From positions 115,568,001 through 115,632,000 of the forward strand of contig NC_043001.1 in the NCBI RefSeq assembly GCF_006345805.1: a DNA stretch of 64,000 bases, given 5' to 3'. Of this stretch, positions 38,261-50,531 are shown piece by piece (positions within the stretch are counted from its first letter, which is position 1; every line of letters starts with the position of its first letter). A program made the translations under genes and the position numbers. The notes below the pieces were generated by a model, which saw only the letters and a program-made list of their open reading frames with translations, was not told the origin of the DNA and did not search any database. Source of the DNA: Octopus sinensis. Lineage: Eukaryota.

Positions 38261-38531
38261 TTGTAGCCCAATGTTAGGATTTTTTCTTTTCCAACAGTCT
38301 AATGTGTTGTGTGTATATGAATAATGATAATGGTGATAATGAAGTATTCAAAGTGTGGGGCATGAAGGTAAAATATACTAATAATAACTGGAGCATTGGG
38401 CATGATAAAAAACATATGAACAAAAAGCGAGAAGCTATACCTGGATCCTCAACACTACACACTTTTTATTTTATTTTAGTTTATTTTTATTTTTATTTAT
38501 CTATTTTATAATTATTCTTGGAATTTAATAG

Positions 38532-38549
38532 GACTTACATCAGCAAAAG
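38532..38549 (+). CDS. 18-nt cytoplasmic microexon (R)LTSAK
   Basis: Long T-rich tract then aatag|GACTTACATCAGCAAAAG|gtaagt; phase 1-1, in frame. Confidence 0.7.
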
Positions 38550-40639
38550 GTAAGTTTTGTTTTTTAAGATTTTGCATGAGGAAAAGATGAAATTTAGTTT
38601 TAGACATACAAATTATTAAAGACCATGTTGCAAAAAAGTAAGATATTAAGTGGTCAACCATCAAGAACAATTCGTTCTACATAAATGCAGCCATAGGTAC
38701 TCATAATCAGTTCAGGTAAAGGTTTTGGAGAAAATTTCCTAACATAAAAGCAGAGCCTAGAATGAAAGGCCTAAAGGTTTACTTTGGCAAATAAAAATGA
38801 AATTTTTAGCTTGCAGAAAATAAAAAAAAACACTATTCCAAACTGGATGTAGCCACACTCATTATGTAGAAAGGGAGCCAGTAAACACTCTATACTATAT
38901 AACCAATGTAAACAATAAGTACACAAAAAGTACAAGACAGGCTTATAGAGAAAGGGATTTCATTCATAAAAGGCACTCCCAAGAAATAAAGGAAATTTCT
39001 CAAGTTTGATAATAGTTGGTATCTTTCCATAACTTAACTGTCTTAATCAGCATTAGAAATGAGTGTGTTGAAAGCATAATAGGTGGAGTAAGGATAGGTT
39101 ATAAAAGTCCAGGGAGCAACTGCCTTTGTTGACAACAGAGAGGTTCTCTCTGTGGATGCTAAATGTCCGGAAAGAAATTGCAATCAGGTTATTCCAGTTG
39201 TATAGACAACATGCATAACATCATATATCGTTGTCGTTTAACATCACTTTCCATGCTGGCAAGGGTAGGACAGTTTGATAGGAGCTGGCGAGGCAGAATC
39301 CTGCACCAGACTTCTTTTACTTTGGGCAGGATTTTTACAGCTGGATGCCCTTCCTAACACCAACCCACTCACCAGAGTGGGCTTAGTGATTTTTACATGG
39401 CACAAGCACAGGCAAGGTCAGTTTTGGAAAGGTTTGGATGCCCTTAGAAATGCTAACCATTTTTCGGTGTAGACTGGATGCCTTTTTAAGTGGCCAAGAG
39501 GACAGGATTTGGAAGTGGAAGGTCAGCATAGTGTATGAAGTGGAAATGCAAGGAAGAGACATAAGTTATACATAAGTTATTGTACAATAACTTATGTATA
39601 ACATAAAACTCGCTTTAAAGTGTACCTTCCTTCTGGATTTCATAAACAACATATTGACAGAACTCCATCAATATAACAAAGTTTAATATTAATTCTATTC
39701 AATCTCTTGTAACATAAAGAAAAAGCCCATCAAAACACTAAGATATACTTTGACCTAATTTAATATATATATATATAAAAAACTCCCAATTTCCTCCTGG
39801 AACTGATGTTAATTAGCCGGCAGCCTAAAGATAAACTTTATAGCCATATCAGATTTCAACATATCCCTCATCACTTCCCTTTATATCTTAAACAGGAAAG
39901 AATAAGGAAATAAACTTGCCATGAAAAAATAAATAAACTCAGTTTGCTTCAAACTACACTTGTTGAAAGACCCTGAATGAAGGTGCACAGCAGATTATGC
40001 TGGGTTGCATGTGCATTTGTACATATTCTGTGGAGCAGAAACCTGTTGGTCATTTTAACCAACTAATTATGTATGACCAACTGTAAAATGAAAAGAAAAA
40101 TTTGATGATGTACCAGTCTCTGTATTTCTTGTAATTGTTTGAAATTTACACTCCTAATAATATTCATGATCCAGAGGAATGAATCCAGAGTCACCCATCA
40201 AAAGAATCAAAGCAAGATTGCTCATACTAAGTGAGCATTGATGCTTATTACTACTTTATTCAATTAGCCATAACCTGAAATATACCTGGGAGCTATTACA
40301 GTACCCACCTGGATAATTTATCCCTTACACACTTTCTGTCACACACACACACACACACGCACACAAATGTCTATAGAAAACAGATGTTAAATGATGGTGA
40401 TGATGATGTTTCTTTATCATCATCATCATCATCATTTAGCATTTGTTTTCCATATGTATGTATGTCATGATTCAGTTTTATTTCAAGATTTCTTGCCAGT
40501 AGAGAGAGAGCTGATTTCTAACCTAGATCATTATATTAGGTTTGTTGTGCTTACGTTTTATTGAGATTTTCACTGGAACATTCCACCAGTACTCTTTTTT
40601 TTATTATGAGTGGCTATGACTTCTACCATACAGTGGGTT

Positions 40640-40950
40640 TTATTTCTTTGTCCTGGGGTTATCCTTCTGACAGGTTACCTATTAGAGAATATCCTAGCTA
40701 CAACATCATATCTTATCGGAAGATAATACTGAGATAATTTTTTGGACAACTGCTTATGATGTGGGTGATGTCTTTGGTGTCAACTCACAAGGTCTGCATG
40801 GTTTGTCACATTTCACTGCTTTTCCCACATCTCTATCCATTTTGTGCATCAGGTACTTCGTTGATGTTTCCTGTTCCAGGATTGCAAACGCATCCCCTTC
40901 AAGGTGGAAGGTCATAACCCGGCTGTTGGTCAATGATAGACTGCTTTGAT
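40640..40950 (-). mobile_element. R4/Dong-like CCHC zinc-knuckle region fragment
   Basis: Minus: AILEQETSTKYL..CDKPCRPC..DITHIISSCPK..YYLPIRYDVVA (with frameshifts). Confidence 0.6.
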
Positions 40951-42545
40951 GATCAATGTTACTATCATCTCAGAGCTTTCTACTAACATATACATGCATA
41001 GTTTTCTGCTCATATATGCTCATCTTTGCATGTATGTACGTACACATGTATGTATGTATATGTGGTATAGTATATATGTGTTATTATGAAATTGAATGAA
41101 AGTATTTTAGAAAGCCAACACTGATCTAGCTTGTTATAAAAGAGTGTAAACAAAAGCAAACTCAAAACACTTCAGCTTTTGCCTTATATTTCAATATTTC
41201 AGTCTTAAAAAGCCTTTGTCGAAGTATTTGTAAAGACCAAAGCTAAACTCAGTCAATTTCTCTTTATAAAGCTTAACTATTGAAATACAAGGTAATTCTT
41301 AGTGGAAATATAAGGAAGATGCTTAATGTTTGAGGATCTATTCCTTATTTTACTACATATATTGTTTTTACATATTTCATTGCATACATAGGCAGCCTTG
41401 GCACTGATTGGTAGGGCTGATTCATAAATAGATAAATTCCTGCAGGTAGCTTTCTCATGAAAGAAAGAATTAATGCACCATTCTTCCTATGACTTCAAAT
41501 CAGAAATAGATGGAGCTACACACACACACACACATTTATATAAAGAAAGAAGAGAGAGTGGGGAGAGCTGGTATTATCAGGATGTTTCATTTCAAAGTCT
41601 GTATTTCTTTATACAGTTGAACAAGATATATGTTTTCCTTTGCATGAGAAGTCAGCATGAGTTATCTACAAATCTGGCTAAGAAAGTTCAAGAGTGACTG
41701 GAGCTAAGTGCTCTCACACTTTCTTATATGTAATGGTTAGGATTTTACATTGTATTTATGATTAACATAATTTTGGTATGGTTTTTAAGGAGTTCATTCC
41801 TTTCAAATCACTAACTACTTTGTATCATAGTGTATACTATCATGTCAGTGACACTAGAAAGCTGGTCTTTCTGGTTTCTCTACACTGTAACACTTTTACT
41901 GCTCTCCTAGTAAAGTTGTTGTCGTTCCAGCTTGCAAATTTCTTGCCTCTTACATGTCTAGTCTATAAATCTTTCATTAAATGTTAGGTTTGTTTCCCAC
42001 TTTGTAGATGGATCTCCTTACTGCAGCTTGTGAAATCACATCCTTCTATGCATCGTTATCATAGTATTTATTTATCTAGCTTATGTGCCACACTATGAGA
42101 CTGAACCCAGACCATGTAGTTGAGAAGCAATCTTCTCAGCCACACAGCCATCACTGTGTTATCATATATGATATATATATATAATTATTTTAAATTAATC
42201 ATAAATTATTTCTCTTTTCTATAACATATTTAATTATAGATACCACTTTCTTATTGTTAATAACATTAAAGAATAATCCAAAAACTAAATGTATGTGTGG
42301 ATACTGTTTCTTCTTTGGTTGGGGTGTAGCATTGATAGGTGCATGGCAGTAGTGATCAGTCATGTCTATGATGATGTGTTTGATTGACAGTATTCAAAGA
42401 GGAATCAGATAAAAAATTTAAAGAAAACAAAATGATTGTATGAAAATCATATATTCTATTGGTTAAAATAATTACAGTAATTTAGTGTTACGGACATGCT
42501 CTTCTTGTAACTCTAATCTGTTACCATGACCATTTCTGCAGCCGA

Positions 42546-42661
42546 AACCACCACCATTACTACTACCATTGCTACTCCTCTTCTTACTACTACTACTTCT
42601 ACCATCAATACTACTACTACCAGTACCTCCACTACCTCTATTACTACTACTGCTGCTGCTG

Positions 42662-42709
<48 letters not shown>

Positions 42710-42710
42710 A
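42546..42710. repeat. (CTA)n/(CCA)n microsatellite
   Basis: Direct inspection. Confidence 0.95.
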
Positions 42711-42734
42711 CAATAAAAAAGAACATTAGTAATT

Positions 42735-43510
42735 TTCAAATTTTGGCACAAGGCCAGCATTTTTAAGGGGAGGAGAAAAAGTAAATTACATTCACCCCTA
42801 TAATTGGTACTTAATCAAACTTAAAGCAATGAAAATCAAAGTTGATTCAGGCAAGATTTGAACTCAGAACATAAAGTATGAACAGAAGTATCACTGATCG
42901 ATCATTTTTTCCATGTTCTTATAATCCTGCTCTTAATGATAATAGTTTCAACTTTTAGTACTTTTAGTGGGCAGGGCAAGTTGATTACATTATCCCACTA
43001 CTAAATTAGTATTTTATATTATTGACCCCAAAAAGATGAAAGGCAAAGCTGAGTTCAGTGGTATTTGAATTCAGAATGTAGAGCCAGAAGAAATACCACA
43101 AAGCTTCTTGTCCAACACAGCAATGATCCTGCCAGCTCATGCCCTTATAATAATAAGGTTAAATGTCTCAAATTTAAACATAAGGCCAGCAATATTTAGG
43201 GGTGAGGATAAATCAATTATATCGACCCCAGGGTTCAACTAATACTTATTTTATCAAGCCTTCTCCCCTCCCTCTAAGGATCAAAGGCAGTCAATCTTCA
43301 CAGAATTTTAAAACAACATAAAGATGAAAAAATGCTGCGAAGCATTTTGTCTAGCATACTAATGATTTTGTCACCTCACTACCTTAATAATAATTATAAT
43401 TATTATTATTATTGTTGTTGTTATAATGTCTATCAAATTTTGCACAAGGGCAACAATTTTTGGATTGAGGGGATGAGTCAAGTTGACTTCAGTGGGATTA
43501 GAACTCAGAA
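42735..43510 (-). repeat. Head-to-tail array of ~3-4 degenerate SINE copies (~210-270 bp)
   Basis: caaattt.gcacaaggcc/ggc.ca recurs at ~42737, ~43170, ~43435 and tttgaactcaga/tttgaattcaga at ~42857, ~43064, ~43500. Same SINE in + orientation at 2695-2900 and 15290-15440. Confidence 0.65.
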
Positions 43511-44989
43511 TATAAAGAATTGGAAGCAATACCAAAAAGAATTTAGTTGTATAGTTTCTTTTTTGTTTATGAAACATGTGTAAGCTGGTACGAATTAAAT
43601 ATTTTATACACAAACTTTCTTGTTTTGTCATGTGTATATATTCTGTGACATACCCAACTGTGGATTCCTAACAATGCATGGTTAATAATGTAACTTCTTG
43701 TGGTCTCCCATTAGATACACACATGGCACAAAACTACCTCCCTCAATACTACTCCCTCCTCTGTTGGGGGCTTTTGTCTTGTAAATTACTTTGTGATCTC
43801 ACCAGTGCTGCTGTCACATAAAAGGCACCTAGTACAGTGTGTAAAGTGGTGAGCATTAAGAAAAGCATCCAGCTGTAGAAGCCATGCCAAAACAGACAGT
43901 TGAACTTGGCACAGTCTTCTAGCTTACCAGCTTCTAACAAAGCATGTAAGCATTGAAAACAGACTTTAAATGATGAAGTGATGACATAACTATATATCCA
44001 TGCATACATACATACATATATATATTTAGAAAGAGAGAGAGAGAGAGAGAGAGGGAGTTGAGTGAAGGAGAAAAGGAGTAGATCCAACTTACGCAGAGTG
44101 CAAATGACAGAGAAAATTAAAGGGGAGGATATAAGTCTAACAGCTGTTTCTGGGAGATAAGAGATCTGTCATAATATTGGTAGATGTATTCATCACAGTA
44201 CGTAGGCCATAATGGAAGGCAATCAGAATTGGATAAATTGAGCTGCCATCAAGTTCAAAGGTGGACAGATTAAATGTGGAGAGCAAGCACTATTAGAGGA
44301 AGGAGGTAGGAAGGGGTTATGGCGAGTGTTAAGACAGAATGGTGAGAGGAAATAAATAAACTAGTTCAGAAAGAGAGTGGGGGGGGGCGCCTTAAGAATG
44401 GGAGTATTAAGGAAGTGGTAGTCGATGTGGAGTGTTTAGAGATGAGTGGGAGGGATGCAATGGGTAGTAATTGAAGGGTAGTCAATTATTGGGTTTGTGT
44501 ATAGTGTTGAGATAGTGAGAAAAGGGATGACAATTATTTGAGGGAGGGAAAGACTCTAATTAGGCAGTAGAGGGAGATTACTAAAGTATGAACAGAGATA
44601 TGAGATAAGATAAATGGAGGTGCATAGAGTGGGGAGTTAGTTGGTGATCAGAGTAGCTGTGGTTAGTACTATAATGAAGGTGGATTGGTGGTGGAGGGGG
44701 AGTACTGAGGTTTGCAAAGGTGTATGAAATTGGGTAGAGGGGTGGATGTTGATTGTTTAGTAGCTAATTGATTGTGGTAGTTGCAAGTGCTCTTGGTTGA
44801 AGATGAGAAATGAGATAATGGGGAAAGAATACAATTTGTGAGGGAGGTGGTATGTTGTGGGTAAGAAGAATTTTCAAAGGTAATCATGAGAAGGATGGTA
44901 TTACTGGAGAAGATGCGTTGCTTCGCTAACCTTGTTGTACCCCAAGGTTAATTATAATTAATGATAATCATTGTTATGAGATTACATAG

Positions 44990-45860
44990 ATTTAATAAAA
45001 TGAGTAAATGATGAGTAGAACCTGTGTTTACAAGAGAGTATTACATCTGAGAATCTATTAAGTAATCAGGGATTGTGGTTGCAAAGGATGATTAGTGATC
45101 CCTTACAAATACCAAGGTTTGAGCTGAACGAGGGAGCCTCCTTATGATGGATCGGGATAGAGTAGTTTTGGAATTTGTGGTTATGTATTTAAGTTGCTAA
45201 GGTGGTAGAATATTTAGAATTTGGATTGGAGAAAGAGTCCATTTGTGCTCAGTAGCAGTGCTTGAAATCGACATTCTGTCGTTATAGACCCTTACTTGAT
45301 GGGAGCATAGTATTATTACTCTGCACTTGTAGACTACAATTTTGCATTGACAGAAACCTCCAAGAGGGCTGAATTGAAACACCTAATAATTGCAAGTTTT
45401 CCTACTTGCTCTGTGGTTTTCCTACCTACTCTGTGGTCTTCCTACCTGCTCTAGGAAAGAAATGTGCAATTTTTGCCTTAAGTTTAGTGTTGGAGATATA
45501 AGAGTTCTTTTTACAGAAACCACTTATCTGCTGAGCTTGGTTATAGTGTGGGGCATGATTATTAAAAATATCTTTGTTAGTAGATAAGCTGGAGATTCTG
45601 ATAAAAATGTCTGTGACTATTCTATTAGGAGTAAGTTTAGGGTAATTTGATAGGATGTAGATATATTGTAATGATTGATAGGGTTTCTAGAAAGGTGATA
45701 TAGATTTAAGATGTTTCCAGTGTGTGTCATTTTCGAATGAGATACCTAGGTTATGATTTTTAAAAATCCTGTGGAATTGATTCCCTGTAAAGATATCCGA
45801 GTCTAGGTTTGGATCATTTGAGCACTACTGAGTGTCTTCTACACTGAAAATCTCTGGACC
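44990..45860 (-). mobile_element. Degenerate Penelope-like element
   Basis: Minus: KPYQSLQYIYILSNYPK, YNQAQQISGF, PLGGFCQCKIVVYKCRV. Confidence 0.7.
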
Positions 45861-45904
45861 TCATCTTCTGGCTATATAATATATATATATATCGTGTAAA
45901 CATA

Positions 45905-47161
45905 CAGGGGTTGGACAAAATAATGGAAAGACCTTAAAATTTCAAACAAATTTATTTTAATATGGGGTAGGACTGCCTGTAGCAGTAATTACAGCTTGAA
46001 TTCTACAAGGTATGAACTTGTACAAAGTTTGAGTTGTTTCCAAAAGAATTTTTGTCCATTCTTCAGCTAAAAGAGTCCCCAATTCTTGCAGTGATGATGG
46101 TGGAGGATATTGACTCCTTTTCCTGTTTTCCTAAAATGCACCACAAATGTTCAATAATATTGAGATCTGGAGGCTGTGGTGGCAAGATAAGATGTTCAAC
46201 TTCTCTAGAATGTTTCTCATGCCATTCAGTAACAACTTTAGCTGCTCTATGAATTGGTGCATTATCATCCTGAAAGATTGCATTTCCCTTCAGAAACAGT
46301 TCTGCAATCATAGGATGAATTTGATCAGATAAAATGCTTAAATAGTCTGCCATGAAGGGAAATCATTGGGCTGGCAGATTTCCAAGATATAGCCCTCACC
46401 TCCCAGATCATCATAGATCCTCCTCCATGTTTAACAGTTGGAAGAAGGTAGTCTGGGTCAAATGCTTGTTTTGGATGTCTCCACATGTATACTCGGCCAC
46501 TGGTCAGAAATATGGTAAAAGATGACTTGTCCAAGAAAATGATATTCTTCCACTGCTCTAGGGATCAGTTTTGTAGGTTTTACCCCACTCTAAATGCTTT
46601 GCAAAGTTGGTTTTGAAAGTAGTGGTTTTCTGATTGCAGCCCTCCCATGAAATCCAGCTTTGTGAAACTCCCAGCAATCAGTTTTATGGAAACTGGGTTC
46701 TTGAGATGGTTATTAAGCTCTACAGTTATTTTGGGAGCTGTACTTTTGTGATCCTTTCTAACAATTTGCGTAAGAGTCCAACAGTCCTTATCTGAAGGTT
46801 TTGGTTTTCTTCCAGAGTTTTGTTTTGACTAGAAGGTTTTTCCCACTTCCTCAAAGGCTGTTATTACTTTTGAGACAGGACTTCATGATGCACCAAACAC
46901 TTCGGCTGTTTTCATTACGCTAGCGCCTGCTATACGCATACCACAATTTGACCTCTTTGAAAGTCCAATAGATGTGTCATTTTAATGAATTTCAATTAAC
47001 TTTTTCTGTTGATATCTGAAAAGAAACAGCAATTTTAGCAAAACATATTAAGCAACACTAATAATAAATCAAAAAACATAAACATAAACAATCTTTTGAC
47101 GGTTTTATAGATATTTGAAAATTATGATGCTACGTGTTTCCATTCTTTTGTCCAACCCCTC
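45905..47161 (-). mobile_element. Tc1-like DNA transposon (1257 bp), degenerate transposase
   Basis: TIRs caggggttggacaaaa.aatggaaa / tttccattcttttgtccaacccctc flanked by TA. Motifs PTVKHGGGSMMIW, IFQDDNAPIH, PDLNIIEHLW. Confidence 0.9.
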
Positions 47162-47234
47162 TAGATCTTCAGATAGCTGTTCCTGAACAATGGGTGCCCA
47201 GAAAAAGGACTAGTATATAAGACCAATAACATGG

Positions 47235-47563
47235 GTTTGAACAGTAACAAATACATATATTGGAATGATAGGGAACACCTTCAAATAAAGATATAAATTG
47301 CACTGGCTTTGTTCAGAGCCAAAAACAAAAAACACACAATAATCCTAGCCAATATAGTATAGAGACTGAAAAAGAGAGGTGTGAGCAACATCCAGATAAC
47401 CTGGAGTATTATTGCTGAGGCCAACAAGTACAGAGGACGAGGCAGGAAATGCAAGCTTTACATCACTGAAAAATTAAATATTATCACAGCAAAAGTGAAT
47501 ATTTTAAATATTAGGGATGAAACCTTCTTCCCTTGCATGTATAAGCTGCATTTCACACTCTGA
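47235..47563 (+). mobile_element. Penelope-like GIY-YIG 3' fragment
   Basis: TYIGMIGNTFK..ITWSII...RKCKLYITEKLNII...LNIRDE. Confidence 0.7.
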
Positions 47564-48173
47564 AATTTCAAGCAGATATCCCCACCTACTCTGCCTCCCG
47601 TGCAACCTGGATAGATTTTCATTCCAAACATCAGTTATATGCATTATATGAACTTCATGCATAAAAAAACACATGACCTCATAAACTTATGCTGTGCTCC
47701 TCTCACAGATATATATGGGTCTCACACATATCCATGACATTACAAGTTATATACAAACTTATGAACCCATAACACCATAAGTATCACATGAATTATGTGA
47801 AAGATATGTGAAACCTCACAATAATGAGTACACACCCAAACAGACATACTACAGATCCAGAGTTCGCACCCGCTGACAGCTGCAGCGAAATTCATTTTTG
47901 GACTTTCTTCTATCGAAGGCATTCTAACAAAAATGCTTCCGTATAAATGGTGAAATTATTGTCAGTTTTTGTTTCACTTTTAACACGTAATACTGAAATA
48001 GTGGAGAAGATATGATATTGCTATGGGCTCGCCTTAAACAAGAAGTCGAACGTTTTTTTGATCATGAAAGTACATGGACTCTAAGTAAGGCATGTGTGAA
48101 ATTTGAATGAAATTGGTTGTGTAGTTCTCAAGTTTTAGGGAAACACACAGACAGACACATTCTTTTCTTAAAG

Positions 48174-48215
48174 GTACTGAAGATAATTATGTGACTATTT
48201 CAGATGAAGCTCTCA
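48174..48215 (+). CDS. 42-nt tyrosine-motif exon A1 (G)TEDNYVTISDEAL
   Basis: tcttttcttaaag|GTACTGAAG...GCTCTCA|gtaagt; paralog of 49933-49974. Confidence 0.8.
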
Positions 48216-48375
48216 GTAAGTATAATTAACACCAAATAACAAATAATTTTGTATTGGTTTCAATGTTTGGCACAAGGCCAGCAATTTTTTGGGAGGGAGA
48301 AATCAATTTCATCAACCCCATTGCTCAATTTGTACTTACTTTTTGTGTGTGTGTGTGTGTGTATATATGTATATG

Positions 48376-48405
<30 letters not shown>

Positions 48406-48406
<1 letters not shown>

Positions 48407-49238
48407 CATCATCATCATCATGGCACCAGGCCCAGTCTGATCTGGCAATGTTTCTAAAGCTGGATGCCCTTCCTAACGCCTACCACTCCATGAGTGTAGT
48501 GGGTGATTTTTACGTGCCACCAGCACAGGTGCCAGACGAGGCTGGCAAACGGCCACAAGTGGATGGTGCTTTTTACGTGCCACCGGCATGGAAGCCAGTC
48601 AGGGTGACGCTGGGAACGGCCACGTTCGGATGGTTCTCTTATGTGCCACTGGCACTGGTATCACAGCTACAATTTCCATTGATGTTGATCGATTTTGATT
48701 TTTGATTTTGATTTTGATTTTGATTTTCACTTGCCTCTACAGGTCTTCACGAGTAAAGTTTTGTGTCCCAAGAAGGAAAGGTATGCATAAGTGGACTGAG
48801 GCCATGGGTTATGGTCTCACTTGTCCTGCCGGGTCTTCTCACGCACCGCATACTTCCAGAGGTCTCGGTCTCTAGTCATTTCCTCAGTGAGACCTAAAAT
48901 TCGAAGGTCATGCTTCACCACCTCATCCCAGGTTTTCCTGGGTCTACCTCTTCCACAGGTTCCCTCAACAGCTAGGGTGTGGCACTTTTTCACACAACTA
49001 TCTTCATCCATTCTCACCTCATAACCATACCAGCGCAAACGTCTCTCTTGCACACCACAACTGATGCTTCTTAGGTCCAACTTTTCTCTCAAGGTACTTA
49101 CACTCTGTTGGGTATAAACACTGACATTACACATCCATCGGAGCATACTGGCTTCATTTCTTGCGAGCTTACGCATATCCTCAGCAGTCACGGCCCATGT
49201 TTCACTGCCATGTAGCATGGCTGTTCGTACACATGCAT

Positions 49239-49243
<5 letters not shown>
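48406..49243 (-). mobile_element. Young 5'-truncated RTE LINE inserted in (TA)n
   Basis: Open minus ORF YDACVRTAMLHGSETW...GRGRPRKTWDE, close to 12700-13640; (CAT)n tail. Confidence 0.93.
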
Positions 49244-49283
<40 letters not shown>

Positions 49284-49287
<4 letters not shown>

Positions 49288-49630
49288 GAGGTGCAATAGC
49301 CCAGTGGTTAGGGCAGCATACTTGCAGTCATGGGATTGCAGTTTCAATTCCCAGATCAGGCTTTATGAGTGTTTATTGAATGAAAACACCTAAAGCTCCA
49401 TTAGGCTCCAGCAGGGGGGGAGGGGCAACCCTGCTGTACTCTTTCAACACAACTTTCTCTCACTCTTACTTCCTGTTTCTGTCACACTGAATCTCCCCGA
49501 GAACTACATTAAGGGTACACATGTCTGTGGAGTGCTCAGCAGCCTCTTGCACGTTAATTTCATGAGCCAGCTGTTCCATTGATCAGATCAGCTGGAACCC
49601 TCGTTGTTGTAACTGACAGAGTACCACCAC
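49284..49630 (+). mobile_element. tRNA-derived SINE (deleted duplicate at 53307-53458)
   Basis: tagcccagtggttagggc A-box-like, gtttcaattccc B-box-like; the copy at 53307 lacks ~190 bp of the interior. Confidence 0.7.
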
Positions 49631-49802
49631 CATATATATATATACATATATATATATTATATATATACGCACACAATTTGACCAAAAGTCACCCAAAAGT
49701 AAATCAAATTTCCATAAATACTATCTGTAATTCTGTATTGGCTCAAATGGAAAAATGTGTCTCTCAAGAAGGACTTCATGTGTGTGTGTGCATGTATATG
49801 TG

Positions 49803-49863
<61 letters not shown>

Positions 49864-49932
49864 TTAATTTTAGATACCATGCACTACACACTGAAATAAT
49901 AAGTTTTGCATTTTCCATTTCTTTTCTTCAAG

Positions 49933-49974
49933 GTACTGAAGATAATTATGCAACTATTCCAGATGAAGCTCTCA
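49933..49974 (+). CDS. 42-nt tyrosine-motif exon A2 (S)TEDNYATIPDEAL
   Basis: ccatttcttttcttcaag|GTACTGAAG...GCTCTCA|gtaagt; phase 1-1. Confidence 0.85.
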
Positions 49975-50186
49975 GTAAGTATAATTAACACCAAATGACA
50001 AATAATTTTGCATTGGTTTCAATGTTTGGCACAAGGCCAGCAATTTTTTAGGAGGTAGAAATCAATTTCATCAACCCCATTGCTCAATCTGTACTTACTT
50101 TATGTGTATGTGTGTATATATGTATATATATATATATATAACCCATGCTAGCATGGAGAACGGACGTTAAACGACGATGATGATAT

Positions 50187-50221
<35 letters not shown>

Positions 50222-50271
50222 ATTGAAGAAATGGAGTTGAACGAAGATTGAACAGAAATCGTTTTATTGCA

Positions 50272-50351
50272 TTCTACACGTGTTTCGAAAGGCACAATTT
50301 ACCAAATTCCGATTGAATAATGAGACCATATTGTGTCTTTCTCTTCAGGAA
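50272..50351 (-). ncRNA. Mirror copy of the hammerhead ribozyme in the inverted arm
   Basis: Reverse complement of 52968-53047. Confidence 0.7.
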
Positions 50352-50531
50352 GAAATAGGAAATCCGTTGGAAAAAACAAAAACAGAACAGAGGCGGAGCA
50401 AAACAAATCGAACAAGGCTCCTAAGAGCCCATGGCCAAACTGTTTATCAATGTATGTTGAAAACGGGTGGTGGGTGCGTTGAAGATTTTAACGGGTCAGG
50501 CAGCGGTCATTCCGGTGGGTGAGGGCACGGG

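Noticed and set aside
41615-41660. Acceptor tttctttatacag|TTGAACAAG as an extra tail exon
   Set aside because: No phase-1 donor before the stop.
42472-42766. Poly-Ser/Val/Thr/Leu ORFs
   Set aside because: Translations of the (CTA)n microsatellite.
50280-50522. 80-aa ORF duplicated identically on the opposite strand at 52797-53039
   Set aside because: Chance ORF in the PLE inverted repeat (antisense to the pLTR), not a gene.
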